Notes under the pieces: model-generated
The model's database searches: none
What the model was told of the DNA's origin: nothing
The model's input: the letters and a program-made list of their open reading frames with translations, nothing else
In this document: in pieces, positions 27,717-37,909 of the stretch
How positions within the stretch are numbered: position 1 is the stretch's first letter
How the letters are laid out: each line of letters opens with the position of its first letter
NCBI GenBank assembly: GCA_965197745.1
Contig: CBDANS010000006.1
Coordinates: forward strand, 768,001 to 832,000
DNA: 64,000 bases
Direction of reading: 5' to 3'
Source of the DNA: Opitutales bacterium
Lineage (GTDB): Bacteria > Verrucomicrobiota > Verrucomicrobiia > Opitutales > PNEW01
Translations under genes and position numbers: made by a program

Positions 27717-27791
27717 TGGTACACCCACCGGGATTCGAACCCAGATCTTTGGTTCCGGAGACCAATGTTCTATCCATTGAACTATGGGTGC
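27717..27791 (-). tRNA. tRNA-Arg(CCG)
   Basis: Reverse complement GCACCCATAGTTCAATGGATAGAACATTGGTCTCCGGAACCAAAGATCTGGGTTCGAATCCCGGTGGGTGTACCA: cloverleaf, anticodon CCG, GTTCGAA T-loop, encoded CCA. Confidence 0.97.
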
Positions 27792-27929
27792 TCACGGCGT
27801 ATTTACTAATCTGCGTAGACAGACAGGAGTCAATGGCAAAGCATGGGATAGTTGAAAAACCTGCACCCGGGTCTAATACCCACTCGATATCCATGCAGAA
27901 ACGATAGATACCCGATTTACGACTTGATC

Positions 27930-27946
27930 ATGAGACTAAATCTCAT
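27930..27946 (+). promoter_or_regulatory. Fur-like 7-1-7 palindromic operator, copy 1
   Basis: ATGAGACTAAATCTCAT immediately after TTGATC (-35-like), 12 bp before the ATG. Confidence 0.7.
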
Positions 27947-27958
27947 AGCAATGGGGTC

Positions 27959-28876
27959 ATGATAAGCGATAGACGTATCCACGCAGCTGTATTATTCATC
28001 AGCGCGATTATCATGGGAATAATCAAATGTCCTGAGACACATGCGAGCAGCACACTTTCATTACAAACCCTGGAAAAAGTGGTTGTCGCTTTAAAGCCGG
28101 ATAAAAATCCCGATCAAATGCTCGAAGAGAAAAGGAACTTGAGTGCATATCTGAGTAAAAAGCTGGCCCGGGATGTGGAGGTATTAATTCCACTCAGTTC
28201 CGCGGTTATCATAGAAGGCTTTGCCAATGGGACCATTGATATTGGCTACCTGAGTTCAACCGGCGCAGTTACAGCCATCGAGAAGAATGCTGCAGATGTC
28301 CTTTTAGCAAACGAAATTGAGGGTAAGCCTTATTATTTAAGTTATTGGATTGCGCTCAAAGACAAACCTTACGACAGCGTAGAAGACTTGCGAGGTCAGC
28401 CAATCGCCTTTTCGAGTCGCACCAGCACATCAGGTTTTATCATTCCCACCTGGGATTTATATAAAAAAGGACTCATCGCATCAACAGAACAACCGGAAGA
28501 TTTTTTTGGTAAAGGGAATGTCTATTATGGTGTCGGTTATGTTTCTGCGGCTGATCGTGTCCTTGAAGGTCAGGCCGAAGCTGCGGCCGTAAGCTATTAT
28601 GTGTTAGACAAAGATAAACATCTCTCAGCTGCCAAGCGCGCCCGACTGAAAATGGTGGCCAGTCAGGGTCCAGTCCCCACCCACGTCATTGTCATACGCC
28701 GATCAATCGATGCCAATGACCGCTCACTTCTTAAGGACGCGCTCTTAGCATTAAATGGCGAAGATCCCGATTTAAGAGATAAAGTTTTTACCACCCGCCT
28801 TATTGTTAGCGATGGAGACAAGCATCTAAAATCAATACGCGAGGCAATAAATTTTGTCTCAAGTATGCATTACTGA
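27959..28876 (+). CDS. PhnD/transferrin-fold ABC substrate-binding protein (possibly Fe3+-binding)
   Basis: AFSSRTSTSGFIIP anion loop of the PhnD family; PYYLSYW, GYVSA and VPTHVIV motifs resemble transferrin ligand motifs. Confidence 0.85.
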   Translation: MISDRRIHAAVLFISAIIMGIIKCPETHASSTLSLQTLEKVVVALKPDKNPDQMLEEKRNLSAYLSKKLARDVEVLIPLSSAVIIEGFANGTIDIGYLSSTGAVTAIEKNAADVLLANEIEGKPYYLSYWIALKDKPYDSVEDLRGQPIAFSSRTSTSGFIIPTWDLYKKGLIASTEQPEDFFGKGNVYYGVGYVSAADRVLEGQAEAAAVSYYVLDKDKHLSAAKRARLKMVASQGPVPTHVIVIRRSIDANDRSLLKDALLALNGEDPDLRDKVFTTRLIVSDGDKHLKSIREAINFVSSMHY

Positions 28877-29635
28877 GTGGGAGATCCTGAGATGACGGCA
28901 ATGAATGCCGAATCAATATCAAACGGTAACGCACCGTCAGCGCCGACCCTGATTCTGAAAGATCTGGGACTGCTTCAAAATAACCGTTGGCTATTTCAAG
29001 GGATGAACCTGGAAATTCCACCAGGGAGTTTTGTCGCGGTATTGGGCGCCTCGGGTGCCGGAAAGACTAGTTTACTGACATCATTGTACGGGATGAGGGA
29101 ACCCTCAGTTGGTAATATCCGTTATCACGATAAAAATAACACCCCCTTCACTCCCGCGATGCTGCGGGGGCGGATAGGCATCATCCCTCAGGGTTTTCAT
29201 CTGACGGAAAATGCTACCGTCCTGAACAATGTCCTATGCGGGCGTTTAAATCGCTACACATTTGTTAAAACCTTATTCGGATTTCCCGCCTCATGTAAAA
29301 CAGATGCATATCGTATCATTCATGATCTGGGAATTGCTGAACATCTTTTCCGATGTGTAGCCGAGTTGTCCGGTGGCGAAAAACAACGCGTGGTGATTGC
29401 CCGAACGCTTTTTCAGAATCCTGATATTTACCTGGCTGACGAGCCGGTCTCTCAGCTCGATGTCACTCTCACCGGTTGTGTCCTTGACATTCTGAAATTA
29501 GAGACAAGAGAAAATGATAAAACCGTATTTTGTGTCCTGCACGATTCTGAGTTAGTCGAACGTTTTGCCGATTACGCACTGAGTCTTAACCGAGAAAATC
29601 CAGAAAAATGGCAGCTGAGAAAAATCAGGACTTAG
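28877..29635 (+). CDS. PhnC-like ABC ATPase
   Basis: GASGAGKT, NVLCGRL, LSGGEKQRV, LADEPVSQLD; exact start uncertain. Confidence 0.9.
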   Translation: MGDPEMTAMNAESISNGNAPSAPTLILKDLGLLQNNRWLFQGMNLEIPPGSFVAVLGASGAGKTSLLTSLYGMREPSVGNIRYHDKNNTPFTPAMLRGRIGIIPQGFHLTENATVLNNVLCGRLNRYTFVKTLFGFPASCKTDAYRIIHDLGIAEHLFRCVAELSGGEKQRVVIARTLFQNPDIYLADEPVSQLDVTLTGCVLDILKLETRENDKTVFCVLHDSELVERFADYALSLNRENPEKWQLRKIRT

Positions 29636-30453
29636 GAAAACAACCTCTTGCACTGCCTCAAGTGAAATGGTTTGAGCGGCTGAATGTCCTTAATGTAACT
29701 TTCATAATTTTTCTTCTCGCGGTCATTTTTTCCAGTACCACTTTGCGCGGATCGAGCCGCGATCTCGATTACCTCGGCAATCTTTTTCGATTTGCAGGAC
29801 AATTTGTTCCGCCCGATTTTTCTGTTCTCGGACAGACTCTATTATCACTCCTTGAGACCGTAGAAATTGCGGTGATGGCTACCTTCTTCGCGCTCATTCT
29901 CTCTTTCATATTTGCTCTTGGCGCGGCACAAAATATTGCTCCGCGGTGGCTGGTAGGAATTACACGTATGATCTTAAACGCAATCCGCACCATCCCCAGT
30001 TTAATCTGGGCATTAATCGCGGTTGCTATCGTTGGAGCCAATTCACTCGCCGGTGTAATCGCGCTGACTTTTTACAGTATAGGTTATCTCGGTAAATTTT
30101 TCAGTGAAGCTTTTGAATCCAGTGATGTTGAAACTGCCAGGACGCTGCGGTCTATCGGCGCCGATCCGATCCAGGCATTTCAGTTTGGACTCTGGCCCCA
30201 TGCCAAACCGCTTATCTGGAGTTACTCGATTTGGATGCTTGAATATAATATTCGTTCCGCTTCTATCATCGGTTATGTGGGCGCAGGTGGCATCGGCCTT
30301 CAACTTCACACCTACCAGGAATTCCACCAATGGGATAAATTCGCCACGGTGCTTCTATGCATCCTGATCGTCGTTTCATTGCTGGATCTGCTCGGGGAGG
30401 GGATTCGTCGCAAAATTTCCAAGAAAATCAGCCGACAGCCTCTTGCCGAGTGA
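29608..30453 (+). CDS. PhnE-like ABC permease
   Basis: PPDFS, RTIPSLIWAL, GKFFSEAFE, EYNIRSASIIGYVGAGGIG. Confidence 0.92.
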   Translation: MAAEKNQDLGKQPLALPQVKWFERLNVLNVTFIIFLLAVIFSSTTLRGSSRDLDYLGNLFRFAGQFVPPDFSVLGQTLLSLLETVEIAVMATFFALILSFIFALGAAQNIAPRWLVGITRMILNAIRTIPSLIWALIAVAIVGANSLAGVIALTFYSIGYLGKFFSEAFESSDVETARTLRSIGADPIQAFQFGLWPHAKPLIWSYSIWMLEYNIRSASIIGYVGAGGIGLQLHTYQEFHQWDKFATVLLCILIVVSLLDLLGEGIRRKISKKISRQPLAE

Positions 30454-30539
30454 TATTCAATATCGATGGCTGAACCCTCTTTATGTCAGATATTTATTCA
30501 ATTTATGAAGAAATATTGAAATAATTGCTTAAAATCCGC

Positions 30540-30599
30540 TTGACTTGAGACTGAATCCCATTTTTTCATGAAAATACAAGATACTGAGACTTAGTTTCA
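30540..30599 (+). promoter_or_regulatory. TonB-receptor promoter with Fur-like palindrome copies 2 and 3
   Basis: TTGACT (30540-45) followed by TGAGACT-G-AATCCCA (30546-60); TGAGACT-T-AGTTTCA (30585-99). Confidence 0.68.
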
Positions 30600-30644
30600 A
30601 AATATGCGTGACTCACACGAAAAGAGGCCCAAAGGGTAGCAGCG

Positions 30645-33005
30645 ATGCAAAGAAGTAGGGGAGTTACCATCAGTATAAAGTTAGCTTCACTTGTAGCATC
30701 AGCAACGACGCTGGTATTATCCATGGAAGGGGAGGAATCTCCACCTCAGCAGTTAAGTCTCCGGGAAATCATATCACTTCAAGAATTTGAAGTTATTGGG
30801 TCGAAAGAAAACGTTTTCACCCTCCCGGGTTCAGGGATGTACCTTAATGCCGAAGACATCATCCATTTACAGCACGATGACATTAATCGCATGCTGCGCC
30901 AAGTCCCGGGAGTATACATCCGTGAAGAAGAAGGTTATGGGCTATTCCCTAATATAAGTTTACGCGGTGTCGACACTACACGCAATGGCAAGTTAACCGT
31001 AATGGAAGACGGGGTCCTGACCGCGCCAGCCACCTACTCTGCTCCTTCCGCTTACTACACACCAACAGCGGGAAGGATGTCCGGCATAGAAGTATTAAAA
31101 GGATCCAGTCAGATTAATTATGGCCCCCATACTACGGGCGGGGTAATTAATTATCTTTCAACACCTATTCCCGAACAGAGGGAAAAAGGTAATCTGATAA
31201 AATTGGCAAATGGCAGTGATAATGAAATACGCGCTAACGGTCACATTGGGGATACGGTATCAACCGAGGCTGGAAACTTTGGCTATCTCTTTGAAATATT
31301 TCACCGACAAACGGATGGATTTAAGACAATAGACGGGGCCGGTAATTTTACCGGTAGTGACGACACGGGATTTAAACGATCTGACTATATGTTCAAGGGA
31401 AGCTGGGAACCTGAGACCGATATCTATAATTACTTTGAAATTAAAGTCGGTTACATGGACCTTGAAGCCAATGAAACATACCTGGGCCTCACCACTGAAG
31501 ATTTCAGGATTGATCCTTATCGTCGCTATGCGGCTACACGCAATGATGTTATAAATACAAATCACACACAACTCCATTTAAGACACATCATCGAATTAAG
31601 TCCTGAAGCTAAGGTGACAACCACCACTTATTATAATAAGTTTCACCGCAACTGGTTCAAACTCCATGATATTCGTGACATTGATACGGATGGCAACGGT
31701 ATAACGGAAGGTGACGAGGATAGCCTAGCGACAAGTGCGGTTTCGTCATCTCTTTCCAGTGCACTCGCCGGGAATCTCAACAGCCAGGCCCTGGAAGTAT
31801 TGAAAGGTGAACGAGCGGGGAAATTGCGTATTCGCAATAACAACCGTGATTATTACATGGCCGGCATCCAATCAAAACTGGACTATGAATTTAATACTGG
31901 TAAGGCGCGCCACAATCTAGAACTTGGTTTTCGCTTTCATCAGGATCGTATCCGACGATTCCAGTGGCATAATTTAATTCTACAGGACAGTGAAGGTAAC
32001 TTTATTAATGATACTCGCAGCGCCAATGGATCTGACGGCAACCGTCGCCAGGAAACCCAGGCAATAGCACTTCACCTTAACGATGAAATAAAAACGGGTG
32101 CCTGGACTTTTTCTCCTGGAATCCGTTATGAAACCCTCGACTATAAATATACCGATTTTACCACAGACGGGACCAACCTCCCCGTTGCCAGCGGCACCAG
32201 TTCATTGGACATAGTCGCTCCCGGGTTTGGCATGACTTACGAGCGGAGCGACAATTTAATTTTCTTTGGTAATTACCATCGCGGATTCTCCGTTCCCTCG
32301 CCAAGAAATCATGCGAGAAATGGAAGAGTAGAGGAAACCGCCGACGCCTTTGAGTTAGGGACGCGATTTAGCAGTAAAAAGGGAATTTACGGTGAATTTG
32401 TATTTTTCCATACCCGTTTTGATGATCTTCTTGTCATTGATAATATTGGTGGTGCCGGCACTGGAGAATCAGAAAATGCGGGTAACATCAACTCTACAGG
32501 ACTGGAAGTGCTCTTAGGATTTGATCCCGGTTCGGCCAACAATTGGAGCTTTAATAACCCCTACAGTATTGTTTTCACCTACACCGAAGCTACCCTTGAT
32601 GGAGACATGCAGTCAGAAGACGAAAATTCAATCTTCGCCGGTGGGCTGGAGGGTAATAAAGTCCCCTACATACCTGAATTTCAATTCACTTTTACCGCAG
32701 GATTTGAAATGAAAAAATTCAGATCATATCTCACCGCCACCTATGCCGACGAAACATTTTCCTCTGCCACTAATACTCTTTTTGAATTCAATCCCATCTC
32801 GGAAGAAGAAGACATCCGATTTGGTAAAACGGACAGTTATTTTATTATCGATGTAAGCGCCTACTACGAATTATTCGAAAACGTGGAAATCTTTGGCACT
32901 ATCAACAATCTTTTTGAGGAGGAGTATATTGTCTCTCGCCACCCCCACGGTCCGCGTCCGGGTGCACCGCGCCTGGCCAGTATAGGGGTCCAGTATAAAT
33001 TCTAA
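30645..33005 (+). CDS. TonB-dependent receptor, FecA-like
   Basis: Plug LRQVPGVYIREEEGYGLFPNISLRG, EVLKG..YGPHTTGGVIN, C-terminal NNLFEEEY..RPGAPR..YKF. Confidence 0.92.
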   Translation: MQRSRGVTISIKLASLVASATTLVLSMEGEESPPQQLSLREIISLQEFEVIGSKENVFTLPGSGMYLNAEDIIHLQHDDINRMLRQVPGVYIREEEGYGLFPNISLRGVDTTRNGKLTVMEDGVLTAPATYSAPSAYYTPTAGRMSGIEVLKGSSQINYGPHTTGGVINYLSTPIPEQREKGNLIKLANGSDNEIRANGHIGDTVSTEAGNFGYLFEIFHRQTDGFKTIDGAGNFTGSDDTGFKRSDYMFKGSWEPETDIYNYFEIKVGYMDLEANETYLGLTTEDFRIDPYRRYAATRNDVINTNHTQLHLRHIIELSPEAKVTTTTYYNKFHRNWFKLHDIRDIDTDGNGITEGDEDSLATSAVSSSLSSALAGNLNSQALEVLKGERAGKLRIRNNNRDYYMAGIQSKLDYEFNTGKARHNLELGFRFHQDRIRRFQWHNLILQDSEGNFINDTRSANGSDGNRRQETQAIALHLNDEIKTGAWTFSPGIRYETLDYKYTDFTTDGTNLPVASGTSSLDIVAPGFGMTYERSDNLIFFGNYHRGFSVPSPRNHARNGRVEETADAFELGTRFSSKKGIYGEFVFFHTRFDDLLVIDNIGGAGTGESENAGNINSTGLEVLLGFDPGSANNWSFNNPYSIVFTYTEATLDGDMQSEDENSIFAGGLEGNKVPYIPEFQFTFTAGFEMKKFRSYLTATYADETFSSATNTLFEFNPISEEEDIRFGKTDSYFIIDVSAYYELFENVEIFGTINNLFEEEYIVSRHPHGPRPGAPRLASIGVQYKF

Positions 33006-33026
33006 AACGCGTTTTGTTTTTTTGTT

Positions 33027-34424
33027 CTAAATGTTCAATGCCTGGTCCAAAGCGGCGGCAGCGGCTTCACCCAGAGCTTCACTCATCGTTGGATGCGCAT
33101 GAATACTGGAGTGAATTTCCTCGGCGGTAATTTCCGCATTCATAGCGAGAACGTACTCGGTGATCAGTTCCGTAGCGTCAGCCCCAATGATGTGCGCGCC
33201 GAGAACTTCCCCATATTTTTCTTCAATGATCAGTTTGACAAATCCTTCGGGGTGATTGATGGCAACGGCTTTACCTGTAGCCGCGAACGGGAATTTACCG
33301 ATACGGTATTGCAAACCCTTCTCCTTCACCTGGCTTTCCGTTAAACCAACACTCGCCACTTGCGGTTGACAATAGGTGCAGCCGGGAAATATTTCGACAC
33401 GCTTGGGGTTGCTGTGACTGAACATGCCATTAACCGCTTGCACGCCTTCATAGGTCCCAACGTGGGCGAGCCAAGGCGGACCAATAACATCCCCGGCAGC
33501 GTAGATTCCTTTTATACTGCTCTGGTAATTTTCATCAACCTTGATAAACCCGCGATCCAACTCCGGTTTTACCTTTGGCGATAACAGCCCCTCAAGGTTT
33601 GCTTCAACACCAATGGCCAGAAGTATACTTTCGATTTCGAGCGGATTTCTTTTATCCCCCGTAACCAATTCCAATGCCACCGATTTTTTGCCCACCGATA
33701 TGTTTTCTACTTTTGTCCCTATATGTATTTCGATTCCCTGTTTTTTAAAGGAACGGTTTAGCACTCTGGAAATTTCGTCATCCTCAATCGGGAGAACTTG
33801 TGGTAACATTTCAATTAGTGTCACTCGGGTTCCAAAAGCGTTGAAAAAATAAGCGAATTCTACTCCTATTGCACCAGCTCCAACAATGGCTATACTCTTG
33901 GGTCGCTTCTTTAGCGCTAATGCTTCACGAGAAGTTAAAATTCGCTCACCGTCTATTTCGATACCAGGCAGTCGCCGTGCCCTGCTTCCTGTGCTGACGA
34001 GAATATTGTCTGCGGATAAAAACCTGTCTTGATCCTTTCCTTCAGTTATCTCAACTATGCCGGGAACCGATATGCGGCCTCGCCCGAGATAGTAATCTAC
34101 TTTGTTTTTCTTAAATAGAAATTCTACACCGCGTGCCATATGATCAGAAACCTCACGAGAATGCTTCATCACCACAGCGAAATCTACGGTAATCTCTCCG
34201 GCAGAAAGCCCGAATACGTCGGCATGCTGCATGCTTTCATATAACTCTGCCGATTTAAGAAGCGCCTTGGAAGGGATGCACCCCCAATTCAGACAGGTGC
34301 CGCCTGCACGCTCAATTTCGATACAGGCCACTTTTTTACCCAGTTGACCGGCCCTTATCGCCCCGGCATAACCGGCAGGACCACCTCCGATAACAATGAG
34401 GTCATATTTTGTGGAGTTTGCCAT
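33027..34424 (-). CDS. lpdA: Dihydrolipoyl dehydrogenase
   Basis: GGTCLNWGCIPSKAL disulfide motif, HAHPTMSE. Confidence 0.97.
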   Translation of the reverse strand: MANSTKYDLIVIGGGPAGYAGAIRAGQLGKKVACIEIERAGGTCLNWGCIPSKALLKSAELYESMQHADVFGLSAGEITVDFAVVMKHSREVSDHMARGVEFLFKKNKVDYYLGRGRISVPGIVEITEGKDQDRFLSADNILVSTGSRARRLPGIEIDGERILTSREALALKKRPKSIAIVGAGAIGVEFAYFFNAFGTRVTLIEMLPQVLPIEDDEISRVLNRSFKKQGIEIHIGTKVENISVGKKSVALELVTGDKRNPLEIESILLAIGVEANLEGLLSPKVKPELDRGFIKVDENYQSSIKGIYAAGDVIGPPWLAHVGTYEGVQAVNGMFSHSNPKRVEIFPGCTYCQPQVASVGLTESQVKEKGLQYRIGKFPFAATGKAVAINHPEGFVKLIIEEKYGEVLGAHIIGADATELITEYVLAMNAEITAEEIHSSIHAHPTMSEALGEAAAAALDQALNI

Positions 34425-34521
34425 CTAAGAATAAATTTGACTAATCAGTTAAGAAAACAGCGGGGTGTCCTATTCCTTACTGATAAAAGAGATACAGAGC
34501 AGGGTGACAAACAAATAGTAC

Positions 34522-34920
34522 TCAGATATCAATGATATCGTCGTCATCGTGCTTTTCTGAAAAGTTGCGATGCGCAGTCCTTTTGAATTGCACATTAGCT
34601 GATAAAAACATGTTGGCCATAAGCGATGTCATACTGACAACAAAGGCCCCCCATAATGCAGAGAGATAAGATTCCACATAAAACCCGGGGACTAATTCAC
34701 TGACAAGGAGGAAAAGGAAAGCGTTAATAATCCACAATCCAAATCCCAGGGTAACAATAATAAAGGGGAGGGTAAAAAGGACGAGGAGCGGTTTAAGAAT
34801 AAGGTTAAAAAAACTTAAAAGAAGAACCACGATAATTAAAGTGACCCCCCGGTCATAGTCGATACCTGATGAGGTGTGGGCGGCAATGATTACTCCCAGA
34901 GCAATCAATGCCCAACGCAA
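34522..34920 (-). CDS. YvlD / 'phage holin family' 4-TM membrane protein
   Basis: NLILKPLLVLFTLPFIIVTLG..INA..VPGF. Confidence 0.85.
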   Translation of the reverse strand: MRWALIALGVIIAAHTSSGIDYDRGVTLIIVVLLLSFFNLILKPLLVLFTLPFIIVTLGFGLWIINAFLFLLVSELVPGFYVESYLSALWGAFVVSMTSLMANMFLSANVQFKRTAHRNFSEKHDDDDIIDI

Positions 34921-35048
34921 AATAAATGTTCTTAGCTTATTGATGTTACAACAGGGTAAATCACTGGGGATAAGGGCATTTGTTACCTGCTTTTCTGGAT
35001 CAAGACCTCATGACTCCATCCATCACAAATCGGAGTTCACGAAATTGA

Positions 35049-35504
35049 CTATTGTTTGAAGGCAATGCGGGCCCAAACTTGATTATTATCTGCATTATCA
35101 GGATCAAGTAAAACCAGGCGCAACCAGTGATGGTAGGGAGGGTTAATACGTCTAGGACTTGTCAGATAAAGGCCGTCATCTGATAGTTTCATATAAAGAG
35201 AAAATTCATTAGTCTTGTTTCTGAATAATTCCACATCAAGGCGGGCATTCTTAAAAGCAGAACTGACTACATTCTTATCTTTATCCATAAAATAAATGCG
35301 AAATTTATTTTCCACAATGCGGACATTTACGACCCCACCTTTTTTATTATTAAGATAAAGTCCGAGTTCCAGCAGCTTATTGTCCGCCTCGCCTTCATCA
35401 TCCTGAGCATATGAAGTGGTTGTTGTGAAAAGAAAATGAAAACACCACCCTAATAAACCCAAGGTTAAGAGAATCGTTTGAATACTATTTTTATGTAAAG
35501 CCAT
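35049..35504 (-). CDS. Hypothetical secreted protein
   Basis: 151-aa ORF with signal peptide ending in SYA. Confidence 0.65.
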   Translation of the reverse strand: MALHKNSIQTILLTLGLLGWCFHFLFTTTTSYAQDDEGEADNKLLELGLYLNNKKGGVVNVRIVENKFRIYFMDKDKNVVSSAFKNARLDVELFRNKTNEFSLYMKLSDDGLYLTSPRRINPPYHHWLRLVLLDPDNADNNQVWARIAFKQ

Positions 35505-35645
35505 GTACCAAATGTTTGAATCTATATCGTCGTTTATTAATTAATAAGATAAAGCTCAATTGTTAAAATCACAAATAAAAATTGTTGTCACGGAAAGGTT
35601 TTTAATCCAACCGCGGAATCATCCTTAAAACAGGGCTTCATCCAA

Positions 35646-37028
35646 TTAAGATTTATGGCCCTCTTTTTCGTGTATTTGTTTTTTTAGTATTTTCCATTGA
35701 GCCATGCGCTCGGCTACGGCTTTCTCTGCACCTGCGGATTTGGGATGATAAAAGGAAAGTGGTTTTTCCAGATATTCCTGTCCCGATATGGCTTCCTCAT
35801 AATCGTGGCTGTAACGGTAGTCATGTGCATGCCCTAAGGATCTGTTCGTTTTCGTACTGCTGTCTCTTAACCATAGAGGAACCGCTTGAATGCTATTCTC
35901 TTTTATAGCTTTTTTTGCTTCTCCCAGTGCTTCACAAGCAGAATTACTTTTTGGCGCGGTCGCCAGATAGATTACGGCATGAGCGAGATTGAGTTCACAT
36001 TCGGGCAATCCTATAAAGTCGCAGGCTTGGAAAGCAGCTATGGCCATGGGTAGTGCCTGAGGATCTGCCAGACCCACATCTTCCGAAGCCAGGATAACGA
36101 GCCGCCTTGCAATATAACGCGGATCTTCACCTCCCGCCAGCATCTTTGCCATCCAGTAGAGCGCAGCGTCAGGATCACCACCGCGCAGACTTTTAATGAA
36201 AGCAGATATGGTATCATAATGCTCATCCTCGTTTGCATCATAGCGAATTTGGCGTTCACTGGCAAAAATTTTTAATTCCTTTTCCGTAATCGTGGAATTC
36301 TCAGGTTGACTCATAACAAGTGTTTCAAGAGCGTTCAGGGCACGACGCAGATCGCCGTCACAAAGCAGGGTCAATCCTTCCACGACGGCATCATTCACCT
36401 GACAGTGTCTCCCACCGAGCCCCGCATCAGAATCCGAAAGGGCCACTTTCAGTACTGTCATTACCGCTTCCGGCGAAAGGGGTTCGAGTCGGAAAAGATG
36501 GCTGCGACTCAAGAGCGGTGAAATGACATAAAATCCCGGGTTGTGGGTCGTCGCTCCTATTAACCGTATAGCACCCGACTCAACATCAGGCAGAAGCAGA
36601 TCCTGCTGGGCTTTATTAAAGCGATGAATTTCATCGATGAAGACAATGGTTCGATCCTCAGGGCGGCTTCGTGCAAAACGCAAAATGTCACGTAATTCAG
36701 CTACATTAGATATTACCGCATTAACGCGTATAAACCGACTGCTTGTTTCATGGGCGATAACCTCCGCAATAGTCGTTTTCCCACACCCCGGAGGGCCGTA
36801 AAGCAGGATACTTCCAAAAGAATCGGATCTAATAAGCTGCGGAAGCAGACACTTTTTTCCCAGGATATGATCCTGACCGATAATTCCCGAAAGCTTTTGC
36901 GGACGAATGCGCACCGCCAGGGGATGGGATGCTGCCGATTGATGATCTCTACCCATGGGGGAAAGACTTCTGCTATTTTCTTTTTCGTTCGGGCCCTGAA
37001 AAAGCATCGTTTGATCAGAATCATCCAT
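35646..37028 (-). CDS. rarA: Replication-associated recombination protein A (AAA+)
   Basis: [46 protein letters not shown]. Confidence 0.95.
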   Translation of the reverse strand: MDDSDQTMLFQGPNEKENSRSLSPMGRDHQSAASHPLAVRIRPQKLSGIIGQDHILGKKCLLPQLIRSDSFGSILLYGPPGCGKTTIAEVIAHETSSRFIRVNAVISNVAELRDILRFARSRPEDRTIVFIDEIHRFNKAQQDLLLPDVESGAIRLIGATTHNPGFYVISPLLSRSHLFRLEPLSPEAVMTVLKVALSDSDAGLGGRHCQVNDAVVEGLTLLCDGDLRRALNALETLVMSQPENSTITEKELKIFASERQIRYDANEDEHYDTISAFIKSLRGGDPDAALYWMAKMLAGGEDPRYIARRLVILASEDVGLADPQALPMAIAAFQACDFIGLPECELNLAHAVIYLATAPKSNSACEALGEAKKAIKENSIQAVPLWLRDSSTKTNRSLGHAHDYRYSHDYEEAISGQEYLEKPLSFYHPKSAGAEKAVAERMAQWKILKKQIHEKEGHKS

Positions 37029-37090
37029 AAAGGTAATATGGTTTCATCTGGGCTTGCTTGCAAGGGATGAATGATTAAAGTCAACGCGCT

Positions 37091-37909
37091 ATGGAGACTG
37101 CTTCCGGAGTCTCGAGCTCAAAAGCCAAGAGTATGCCTGTGGCTATGACCGTAGCCGGTTCAGACAGCGGGGGTGGTGCGGGAATACAGGCAGATCTTCT
37201 TACTTTTTCTAACCTCAGTGTATTTGGCACCTCGGCGATTACCTGCCTCACAGCACAAAATCCTGATGGAGTGACCGCTATAGAGGCGATGAGCCCTGCC
37301 TTCGTCCTCGAACAGATCAAACAGGTTCAAACCTATTTTCCAATTAATGGGCTAAAGACAGGTATGCTTTTTGACGAAGATATAATTATGGCTGTTTCCG
37401 ATTTTCTTCAGGTTCACCGAAGCGTTGCCGCTGTCGTCGATCCGGTAATGGTTGCGACAAGTGGCGCCGAGCTCTTACGACCCGACGCAGTAAGAGCCAT
37501 TAAAGAGAAGCTTTTACCTTTGGCTACAGTGATCACACCGAATCTCGATGAAATTAAAGTCCTCTTAGGAGATCGCCCTTTTGGTCGTGAAAGCATGCTT
37601 AATGCCGCAAAAGAATTAGTAAGCCAATACGGTGCGGCGGCTCTGGTAAAAGGAGGGCATCTGGAGAGCGATGCGATCATCGATATCCTCCTTGAAACCG
37701 ATGGTTCGGTAACTGAACTTAAAAGCAAACGGGTAAAAGAGATCAATACCCATGGAAGCGGCTGTACTTTATCGGCAGCCATCGCAGCAGAGCTCGCAAA
37801 AGGAAAACCATTAAAGCAATCTGTTGAGTCCGCGCACTCTTACTTGCAGCGGGGGATGCGTTCACCTCTATACCTTCAAGGCCAGTTTTTTATAGGGCAT
37901 GGAGTCTAA
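37091..37909 (+). CDS. thiD: Hydroxymethylpyrimidine/phosphomethylpyrimidine kinase
   Basis: AGSDSGGGAGIQADL, DPVMVATSG, KGGH, THGSGCTLS. Confidence 0.96.
   Translation: METASGVSSSKAKSMPVAMTVAGSDSGGGAGIQADLLTFSNLSVFGTSAITCLTAQNPDGVTAIEAMSPAFVLEQIKQVQTYFPINGLKTGMLFDEDIIMAVSDFLQVHRSVAAVVDPVMVATSGAELLRPDAVRAIKEKLLPLATVITPNLDEIKVLLGDRPFGRESMLNAAKELVSQYGAAALVKGGHLESDAIIDILLETDGSVTELKSKRVKEINTHGSGCTLSAAIAAELAKGKPLKQSVESAHSYLQRGMRSPLYLQGQFFIGHGV

Noticed and set aside
1..27717. tRNA-anchored integrative island
   Set aside because: The region downstream of tRNA-Arg looks accessory, but I found no integrase and no duplicated tRNA 3' end in the window
27959..30453. Canonical phosphonate/phosphite uptake operon (phnCDE)
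   Set aside because: No catabolic genes or Pho box, the PhnD His ligand is replaced, and iron-type signals surround it, so gene symbols were withheld
34522..34920. Prophage lysis gene
   Set aside because: YvlD-like proteins are common chromosomal genes and no phage genes are nearby
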